From Minisyncoccota bacterium (GTDB lineage: Bacteria > Patescibacteriota > Patescibacteriia > Patescibacteriales > UBA12465): a stretch of DNA of 64,000 nucleotides. Both the position numbers and the translations under genes were made by a program. Below are positions 41,717 to 49,105 of the stretch, in pieces. The notes under the pieces were generated by a model. It was not told where the DNA came from. It did not search any database and saw only the letters and a program-made list of their open reading frames with translations. The stretch covers positions 1,145 to 65,144 of the forward strand of contig JAIPJA010000002.1 in the NCBI GenBank assembly GCA_021734405.1, written 5' to 3'. The first letter of the stretch is position 1. Each line of letters opens with the position of its first letter.

Positions 41717-41816
41717 GTATAACAAGGGATATACGGTTCAGCCCTCGGCTCGGGCTTCACTCAAATTTTTCTTCCACTTCGTTCCAGAAAAACTTCGTAT
41801 ATCCCTAACGTTATAT
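41717..41816 (+). repeat. attC site 1 (100 bp)
   Basis: R'' GTATAAC; GGGATATACG/CGTATATCCC perfect inverted L arms; R' GTTATAT. Confidence 0.85.
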
Positions 41817-41871
41817 TAAATTACAAGGGTAGGCCAATAACTTTATATATTTTATAATTTTTTAATTTATT

Positions 41872-42531
41872 ATGATTGAAGCATTAATATTTGATATGGA
41901 TGGTGTTTTAGTAAAATCTGAAGGTGCTATTTCTACATCATTTAATAAAGTGCTAGAAAAATACGGTGTAAAACTTAACCCAGAAAACAAGAAAAAATAT
42001 CTAGGGCGTTCGTTAAGAGATCAATTACAGATGATGAAAGAAGAATATCCTCAAATACCAAAAGAATTAAACATTCAACAATTTAGCAAAGAAGCGTTTC
42101 AATATCAACTAGAATTATTAAAAGAAGAGCTAGTACCTAAAATTTTAATAAAAGAATTCATTAAAAAAGCTAAAGAGAACAATATAAAAATTGCAGTAGC
42201 AACTTCAAGTTTAAGATATAGAGCAGAAATATTCTTAAAATTAATCGATATTTTTAATGAACTAGATATATTGCTAACCTCAGAAGAGGTTAGCAATCAT
42301 AAACCACATCCAGATATTTTTCTAGAAACCGCAAAAAGATTAGAGGTTTTACCTGATAACTGTGTAGTAATTGAAGATGCAAAAAATGGAATTGATGGCG
42401 CTCAAGCTGCAAAAATGAAAACTATAGGAGTAATCACAGAGAACCGTTCTATAGAGGAATTAAAACATGCTGATTTGATAGTTAATAGTCTCACAGAATT
42501 AAATATTGAAAAAATTAAAAAATTATTCTAA
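41872..42531 (+). CDS. HAD family phosphatase (beta-PGM/CbbY-like), cassette 2
   Basis: FDMDGVL, ATSS, KPHPDIF, IEDA. Confidence 0.92.
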   Translation: MIEALIFDMDGVLVKSEGAISTSFNKVLEKYGVKLNPENKKKYLGRSLRDQLQMMKEEYPQIPKELNIQQFSKEAFQYQLELLKEELVPKILIKEFIKKAKENNIKIAVATSSLRYRAEIFLKLIDIFNELDILLTSEEVSNHKPHPDIFLETAKRLEVLPDNCVVIEDAKNGIDGAQAAKMKTIGVITENRSIEELKHADLIVNSLTELNIEKIKKLF

Positions 42532-42602
42532 TCTAAAGGTCGACCCTTGTAAATCTGAAATTTCCCTTCGGGACGTTGCACTAAATTTCAGCCCTGAGGG
42601 GA

Positions 42603-42696
42603 ATATAACAAGGATTATGAGGTTACGAAGTCTTGCAGACTTCTCCACCCAAATTGCTCCCTACGGTCGCAACTTCTCATATCCCTGACGTTATCT
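42603..42696 (+). repeat. attC site 2 (94 bp)
   Basis: R'' ATATAAC; GGATTATGAG/CTCATATCC with one extrahelical T; R' GTTATCT. Confidence 0.85.
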
Positions 42697-42728
42697 GAAA
42701 TCCATTTTTTAACTTTTTAAATAACACT

Positions 42729-42890
42729 ATGAGCAAAACAATAAAAATCTCATTGCTTATTATCGCTGGCTTGTTAGTACTTAACGGATTAATAAACATT
42801 TCTGATAATGGAAGTATTTTAGCTTATGACATTACCGCTATTTTATCTGGGATTGGATTTACTATTGTTGCTTTATCTAAGAAAGCATAA
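42729..42890 (+). CDS. 53-aa two-TM small protein, probable third cassette gene
   Basis: MSKTIKISLLIIAGLLVLNG...GIGFTIVALSKKA*, read by hand, starting 39 bp after the attC2 crossover; below the ORF-track cutoff. Confidence 0.65.
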   Translation: MSKTIKISLLIIAGLLVLNGLINISDNGSILAYDITAILSGIGFTIVALSKKA

Positions 42891-43141
42891 AAGTTTAATA
42901 TCATTATTAGTGTATATATAAGTTTTGAGTCTTTTCGATATTCTTCCTAAGTTTCAAAATCCCACCCTTTATAAAGATAAAGCAGGTGGTTTTTTTAATT
43001 CAACTAAATTAATCCATGTTTAAAGCCTATTAAAGCTTTTTTTGTATATAGCAATATTTTTTTTAATTTGTAAACTAGTTTTTAATTGTTGCTTTTGGTA
43101 TTATGATAGTAAAGAGATGCTAAAAAATATTTAAATTAATT

Positions 43142-46100
43142 ATGAGCTTTGTCCACCTCCACAATCATACCCACTATTCTTTACTTGATGGCTTAACTAA
43201 GATACCTGAGTTAGTAAAAAGAGCTAAAGAGCAGGGCTCCCCAGCTGTGGCTATTACTGATCACGGTAATATGTACGGGGTTATTGACTTTTATCAAACC
43301 TGTAAAAAGGAAGGCATTAAACCCATTATAGGGGTAGAGGCTTATTTAGCTAGAGGCAGTCGTTTTGATAAGGCTACTAGAGATGATGCTAGAAACTATC
43401 ATTTAGTGCTTTTAGCGAAAAATAATACTGGTTACAAAAACCTTATTAAACTAACCACTAAAGCGCATTTAGAAGGTTTTTATTACAAACCTAGAATAGA
43501 TTGGGAAATTTTAAAAGAACATAGTGAAGGTTTAATTGCTATGAGTGCTTGTTTGGGTGGAGAAATGGCTCAACTAATTAGATCTGGAAACTTAGAAACA
43601 GTTAAAAAAAGAGCTTTAGAGTATAAAGAGTTGTTTGGTGAAGATAATTTCTATTTAGAATTAATGGATCATCCTCAACTTGAAGGCCAAGCTGAAATTA
43701 ATGAAACTTTAATCAAATTAGGTAAAGAGCTAAAAATACCACTAGTAGCTACTAATGATATTCATTATTTAAAAACTGAAGATGATGAAGCTCAGGATAT
43801 ATTACTTTGTTTGCAAAATAAAAAGAAAAGAAACGATAGTGATCGCATGAGCATGTTAGGGGAAGATTATTCTATGAAGAGTAATCAAAAGATGGTGGAG
43901 GTTTTTTCTCATGTACCTGAGGCTATAGAAAATACTGTAAAAATAGCAGAAAAATGTAATGTAGAAATTGAATTAGGTAAAACCCAATTACCTTATTTTG
44001 AGGTGCCAAGTGACTATAATGAAAATTCATATTTACGTTACCTTTGCGAAGAAGGACTTAAGAAAAGATTTGCCTGTGACTATAATAGCGCTACTCAAGA
44101 GCTAAAAGAAAGAATGGATTATGAATTAAAGGTTATAGAGAAAATGGGTTGGCCTTCCTACTTTTTAATTGTGGCTGATTTTGTTAATTGGGCCAAGGAC
44201 AATAAAATAGTGGTAGGTCCAGGCAGAGGTAGTGCGGCCGGTTCTTTAGTTTGTTATTTAACTGGTATTACTAATATTGACCCTTTGCATTATGATTTGC
44301 TATTTGAAAGATTTTTAAATCCAGAAAGAGTTTCCATGCCTGATATTGATATGGACTTTGCCGATACTAGAAGAGATGAAGTTATTCAATATGTAGCTGA
44401 TAAATATGGCCATGATAGAGTGGCGCAAATAATTACTTTTGGAACTATGGCGGCTAGAGCGGCTGTTAGAGATGTAGGTAGAGTTCTAGATGTGCCTTAT
44501 GAGTTTTGTGATAAACTTTCCAAGGCTATTCCGATGTTTTCCAAAATTAAAGAAGCTTTAAAAATAGTTCCAGAGTTAAAAGAAGCTTATGACAATGACT
44601 CTCAAGCTAGACAAATTTTAGACTACGCTATGCGTTTAGAGGGTGTTTCCAGACATAGCTCCACCCATGCTTGCGGGGTACTTATAACCAAAGATGCTTT
44701 AGATGAGCATGTGCCACTTCAATATGCTTCTTCTTCAGATAAAAGTATTGTTTCTCAATATTCCCTACATCCAGTAGAAGACTTAGGGCTTTTGAAGATG
44801 GATTTTTTAGGTTTAAAAAACTTAACCATTATTGAGTCAGCTTTGAGGATTATAAAAAACACTAGAGGAGAAGACATTGATATTGAAAGTATACCTTTAA
44901 ATGATGAGTTAGCTTATAACTTATTTCAAGAAGGTAATACTACTGGAGTTTTTCAATTTGAGTCCTCAGGCATGAAAAGATATTTACGAGAGTTAAAGCC
45001 TAGTGAATTTGAAGATATTATTGCTATGGTAGCGCTATATCGTCCCGGTCCTATGGAGTGGATTCCTGACTATATTTCTGGTAAGCATGGACAGAAAAAA
45101 GTTTCTTACCTTCATCCTAAGCTAGAGCATATATTAGACAAAACTTACGGAGTAGCTATTTATCAAGAGCAAGTTATGCAAATTGCTCGAGATTTAGCTG
45201 GTTTTACTATGGGCGAGGCTGATGTGCTTAGAAAAGCCATGGGTAAAAAGATTCCTGAGCTTTTAGCTAAGCAAAAAGAAAAATTTGTTGAAGGTTGTGT
45301 TAAAAATCAAATTCATAGTGAGTTGGCAGAGAAAATATTTTCATTTATTGAACCTTTCGCTGGTTATGGTTTTAACCGTAGTCATGCCGCTTGTTATGCT
45401 TTAATTGGTTATCAAACCGCCTATTTAAAAGCTCACTGGCCAGTGGAGTTTATGGCGGCGTTACTGACAGCTGATCAACACAACACTGATAGAATAGCGG
45501 TAGAAATAGATGAATGTAGAAAAATGCAGATAAATATTATGCCTCCAGATATTAATGAGTCTTATGATTCTTTTACAGTCGTAACCAGTGGTACTACTGA
45601 AAACAAATTAGCCAAAAAAGATGAAAAAGTAGATACTATTCGCTTTGGTTTAAATGCTATAAAAAACGTAGGTGAGCATATTGTAGATGTTATTATTGAA
45701 GAAAGAAAAAAGAATGGCAGGTATAAGGATATTTATGAATTTTTAGAAAGAATAACTGATAAAGATTTAAATAAAAAGTCTTTGGAAAGCTTAATTAAAT
45801 GTGGAGGTTTAGATAATTATGGTGATAGAGGTCAACTTTTATATAATTTAGAAACCTTATTAAAAATTAATAAAGAGTCTGCTCAAGAAAAAGCTAGTGG
45901 TCAAACTAGTTTATTTGGATCTGAAAATGGTTTTCAAATTAAAGCTCAACCTATTAAATTAGCTAATGGAGGTGAGCTTAGCCAAGCAGAAAAATTAAGC
46001 TGGGAAAAAGAGCTTTTAGGTCTATATATCTCTGAGCATCCTTTTTCTGAATTTAAGGAAAAACTAAATGGCTATATAGTTAGTCTGAGTCAATTAAAAG

Positions 46101-46762
46101 AACATTTAGATAAAGATGGGGTAAAAACGGCTGGAGTTATTAGTTCTATTAAAAAGATTATTACTAAAACTAACCAATCTATGTTATTTGTGAAAATAGA
46201 GGACGCGGTTTATAATGTAGAGGTTTTAGTTTTTCCTCGACTTTTAGAAACAAGCCAGGATATTTGGCAGGAAGGACAGGTGGTTTTATGTGAAGGTAAG
46301 GTGTCTGATAAAGATCAGGAAATAAAGCTTTTAGCTAATAAAGCTACAGTTTTAAAAGTGGAAACTTTAGAAGCTGATCTGCAAAAATTTAAAAAATCTC
46401 CGATTATAAACAAGGCTAAAAGATTTGCTAATGGCTTTAAAAAATTTGGACCTAAGCCTGCTTATCAAAATCCTAGCTCTACTAATTTTAATTCCAGCCC
46501 TAAAAAAGAGATAATAAAGACAGAGCTTAATAGTTTTTCTCAGCCCTTTAAGATAATTATAAAAACCGCTTTAAGTCAAGCAGAGAGTTCTGAGCTTTTA
46601 GAAATTTTACAACAATTTCCAGGAAGTAGCGAAGTTTATTTGTTTGAACATTATAGCGACAATATTATTAAAACCAATTTTAAAGTAGATAATTCCTTAT
46701 TTTTAATAGCTAAGATAAAAAAACATTTTCCTGAAAAAATTAAAGTTGTCGAGTTGCAGTAA
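43142..46762 (+). CDS. dnaE: DNA polymerase III alpha subunit
   Basis: PHP domain HLHNHTHYSLLDG; GRGSAAGS; PDIDMD; FNRSHAA. Confidence 0.98.
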   Translation: MSFVHLHNHTHYSLLDGLTKIPELVKRAKEQGSPAVAITDHGNMYGVIDFYQTCKKEGIKPIIGVEAYLARGSRFDKATRDDARNYHLVLLAKNNTGYKNLIKLTTKAHLEGFYYKPRIDWEILKEHSEGLIAMSACLGGEMAQLIRSGNLETVKKRALEYKELFGEDNFYLELMDHPQLEGQAEINETLIKLGKELKIPLVATNDIHYLKTEDDEAQDILLCLQNKKKRNDSDRMSMLGEDYSMKSNQKMVEVFSHVPEAIENTVKIAEKCNVEIELGKTQLPYFEVPSDYNENSYLRYLCEEGLKKRFACDYNSATQELKERMDYELKVIEKMGWPSYFLIVADFVNWAKDNKIVVGPGRGSAAGSLVCYLTGITNIDPLHYDLLFERFLNPERVSMPDIDMDFADTRRDEVIQYVADKYGHDRVAQIITFGTMAARAAVRDVGRVLDVPYEFCDKLSKAIPMFSKIKEALKIVPELKEAYDNDSQARQILDYAMRLEGVSRHSSTHACGVLITKDALDEHVPLQYASSSDKSIVSQYSLHPVEDLGLLKMDFLGLKNLTIIESALRIIKNTRGEDIDIESIPLNDELAYNLFQEGNTTGVFQFESSGMKRYLRELKPSEFEDIIAMVALYRPGPMEWIPDYISGKHGQKKVSYLHPKLEHILDKTYGVAIYQEQVMQIARDLAGFTMGEADVLRKAMGKKIPELLAKQKEKFVEGCVKNQIHSELAEKIFSFIEPFAGYGFNRSHAACYALIGYQTAYLKAHWPVEFMAALLTADQHNTDRIAVEIDECRKMQINIMPPDINESYDSFTVVTSGTTENKLAKKDEKVDTIRFGLNAIKNVGEHIVDVIIEERKKNGRYKDIYEFLERITDKDLNKKSLESLIKCGGLDNYGDRGQLLYNLETLLKINKESAQEKASGQTSLFGSENGFQIKAQPIKLANGGELSQAEKLSWEKELLGLYISEHPFSEFKEKLNGYIVSLSQLKEHLDKDGVKTAGVISSIKKIITKTNQSMLFVKIEDAVYNVEVLVFPRLLETSQDIWQEGQVVLCEGKVSDKDQEIKLLANKATVLKVETLEADLQKFKKSPIINKAKRFANGFKKFGPKPAYQNPSSTNFNSSPKKEIIKTELNSFSQPFKIIIKTALSQAESSELLEILQQFPGSSEVYLFEHYSDNIIKTNFKVDNSLFLIAKIKKHFPEKIKVVELQ

Positions 46763-46809
46763 AAATGTTATAATTATTTCTAGTTATAAACTTTTTAAAC
46801 TTTTATTTT

Positions 46810-48432
46810 ATGCCTGCGAGAAAAACTAGCTCTACTGATAAAAAGAAAAAAACTACTAGCAAAAAGACTACTAAAAAAACTACAACTAGTAGTGCTAAAA
46901 AACCTAAAAAAAGTACTAAAAGCAATTCTAGTCAGAAAAAACCCACTACCAGTACTAGTAAAAAAATTAGACAAAAATCAGAGAGCAAATTAAGTCAAAT
47001 TAAGAAAGAGTCAGGCGCTATAGAGGAGAAAATAAAATCAGAAAAACCAAAAGAGGAAATAGTTGAAAAAGAAGTAGTTAAAAAACCAAAAAAACATAAA
47101 TTAGTGGTTAGCACTTCTCCTAAGTTAGAAAAGGAGCCTGAGCTAGTTGATGATAGACCAATTAATACTGATTTAGGTTTTGAGCCAATTGTTGATAGAA
47201 GTCAAATTGATAGTCAAAAAAAATTCTATCAAGAGCTTTCTAATCAAATAGATCAGGAGTTTTTAGAGGAAGGTTATGAGAATTCAGTTGAGCCTGAAAG
47301 GGAAGTTAAGGTTAAAAAACCAGTTGCTTCTATTAGTTTGTATAAAAAATTAGCTCGTCTATTTATAGTCTTAACAGCCATACTGCTTTTAGCTATTGTT
47401 TATTTTTCTTTTTCTAAGCTAACCATTGCTATTTCCCCGGCTGAAGAAGTTGTTAATAACAATGTGCTTCTAGATGTTTATAACAAACCAGACTCAGACT
47501 CAGTTCTTTCTGGTTCAGTTATGTCTATTACAGCTGAAAGTGAAGATACTTTTTTAGCTAGTGGCGAAGAAATTATTGGTGAAGAGATTGCTGGTACAGT
47601 GACGATTATAAATAATTATAGTAAAGATCAAGCCTTAGTCGCTACGACTAGACTTTTAAGCCCTGATGATAAGCTCTACCGTATTAAAGATAGTGTTAAT
47701 GTTCCGGCCGGTGGTAGTCTGGAGGTGGAAATTTATACTGAAGAGGTTAAGCCGGAAATGGCTATTTCTCCCACTCAGTTTATTATCCCAGGACTTTGGT
47801 CGGGCCTTCAGGATCAAATTTATGCTAAAAATAATGAAACTTTTATCTATAGAACCAAAACAGAAAAATATGTTAGACCAAGTGATATTGCTCAAGCTCA
47901 ACAGGAACTTAAAAATAAACTAATTAACAAAGTTAGAGCTGAAGCTAAACGCATGTTTTCTGATGATTACGAGGTTATCTATGATATAAATACTGATTTA
48001 ACTGATTTTGACTATGAAGTTGAGCCAGGTGATAATGTTTCTGAGTTCTCTATAACAGCGGAGAGTCAGGTAGTAATTATTGCTTTTTTAAAGGAAAGAG
48101 CTAGAGAGTTAGCTTATAACAAACTTTCTCTTTTAATACCTGCTGATAAACAGATACAAGAATTTAAAGCTGAAGATTTAACCTATAATTTAGATAACTA
48201 TAATTTAAAAGATGGTGTGGCTACGGTTAAAATTTCTTTTTCTGGTAAGATGAGTTTAAAGGATAATGCAGAAATTTTAGATAGGTCTCAGTTAGTTAAT
48301 TTAAAAAGAGAGCAAATAGAAAAATATTTAGAGAACTTTCCTGAGATAGATTCCTTTGAGCTTAAATTTTTCCCAGGGTTTGTAAAGTCAGCTCCGTCTT
48401 TACCAGAGAAGATAGAGATTAAAATTGATTAA
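46810..48432 (+). CDS. Membrane protein with Lys/Thr/Ser-rich N-terminus and baseplate-J-like extracellular domain
   Basis: Low-complexity KKTT repeats, one TM, 'GTVTIIN...LVATTRL...FIIPGL'. Confidence 0.6.
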   Translation: MPARKTSSTDKKKKTTSKKTTKKTTTSSAKKPKKSTKSNSSQKKPTTSTSKKIRQKSESKLSQIKKESGAIEEKIKSEKPKEEIVEKEVVKKPKKHKLVVSTSPKLEKEPELVDDRPINTDLGFEPIVDRSQIDSQKKFYQELSNQIDQEFLEEGYENSVEPEREVKVKKPVASISLYKKLARLFIVLTAILLLAIVYFSFSKLTIAISPAEEVVNNNVLLDVYNKPDSDSVLSGSVMSITAESEDTFLASGEEIIGEEIAGTVTIINNYSKDQALVATTRLLSPDDKLYRIKDSVNVPAGGSLEVEIYTEEVKPEMAISPTQFIIPGLWSGLQDQIYAKNNETFIYRTKTEKYVRPSDIAQAQQELKNKLINKVRAEAKRMFSDDYEVIYDINTDLTDFDYEVEPGDNVSEFSITAESQVVIIAFLKERARELAYNKLSLLIPADKQIQEFKAEDLTYNLDNYNLKDGVATVKISFSGKMSLKDNAEILDRSQLVNLKREQIEKYLENFPEIDSFELKFFPGFVKSAPSLPEKIEIKID

Positions 48433-48533
48433 TAACTTCGCTTTAATTAGTTTCTTACAAGCTTGACCTACGGTCAGGTTTGTATTATATTTAGGTAATT
48501 AATATTTTGATCTTTAACTTAAAAATTTAGATA

Positions 48534-48746
48534 ATGAAAAAACAAAATCTGACGTTTGACTCAATTTTTTCTGCCTTTGTATTTGTGTGCATGTTGTTTT
48601 TTTCAGTTTCAGCCTGGATAAATGTTACACTAGAGGTTGTAAAAGCTAACGTTTGGGAAATTACGGCTTTGGTGATTGTTAACTTAATAACCATAGCTTT
48701 AGTTTTTAAAACTTTTCAGTTGTGGCGCAGATGGATTAAAAAATAA
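48534..48746 (+). CDS. Small two-TM hypothetical protein
   Basis: 70 aa, hydrophobic, followed by a terminator. Confidence 0.55.
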   Translation: MKKQNLTFDSIFSAFVFVCMLFFSVSAWINVTLEVVKANVWEITALVIVNLITIALVFKTFQLWRRWIKK

Positions 48747-48752
48747 AGCTTA

Positions 48753-48778
48753 TAGACTCCTTTGAGGGAGTCTTTTTT
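48753..48778 (+). terminator. Intrinsic terminator
   Basis: AGACTCCTT-TGA-GGGAGTCT plus T run. Confidence 0.75.
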
Positions 48779-48815
48779 AAAATTTAAGGCTAGAAGAAAA
48801 GGTGATGGAGTATCG

Positions 48816-48844
48816 TTGACACTTTATACAACTTAAGATATTAT
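48816..48844 (+). promoter_or_regulatory. Sigma70 promoter of thrS leader
   Basis: TTGACA-17 bp-TATTAT. Confidence 0.75.
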
Positions 48845-48850
48845 ATAATT

Positions 48851-49029
48851 ACAGTGATTGTTATAGCTACCAACTATAATAAGGTGTAAATCTTAATTAG
48901 AAGTTATATATTTCTAATCTAAACTGTTAAATTAAGGGCTTGAGATAAGTCTCAAGAAACTAGATGGAACCGCGGGAAATCCCGTTCTAGTAATCTATTT
49001 TTATGTAGATTATTGGAACGGGATTTTTT
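48851..49029 (+). ncRNA. T-box riboswitch (Thr) upstream of thrS
   Basis: Antiterminator CTAGA-TGGAACC-GCGGG-AAAT-CCCGT-TCTAG; alternative terminator 48978-49029 with T run; ACC codon in the first hairpin loop. Confidence 0.88.
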
Positions 49030-49105
49030 ATATAATAAGTTAATATACATATATTAGGTTATTAAGTTAAATATAAATAAATTAATAAATAAATAATATA
49101 AAAGT

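Larger units (their letters stand above)
39297..42890 (+). mobile_element. Integron-type gene cassette array without adjacent integrase (CALIN-like)
   Basis: Two attC sites, matching R boxes, co-oriented foreign-looking genes, no tyrosine recombinase in the window. Confidence 0.85.

Noticed and set aside
42506..42688. 60-aa ORF over attC2
   Set aside because: Overlaps the HAD stop and the attC hairpins; likely spurious
39300..42700. CRISPR array or IS/transposon
   Set aside because: Repeats are not regularly spaced with short spacers; no cas or transposase gene; the attC model fits better
42955..42996. Third attC after the 53-aa gene
   Set aside because: Hairpin CCACC..CTTTAT/ATAAAG..GGTGG plus T run lacks the AGATAAC/GTT boxes; it looks like a terminator
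46810..48432. Prophage, suggested by the baseplate-J-like domain
   Set aside because: No other phage genes; membrane-anchored and in a housekeeping context
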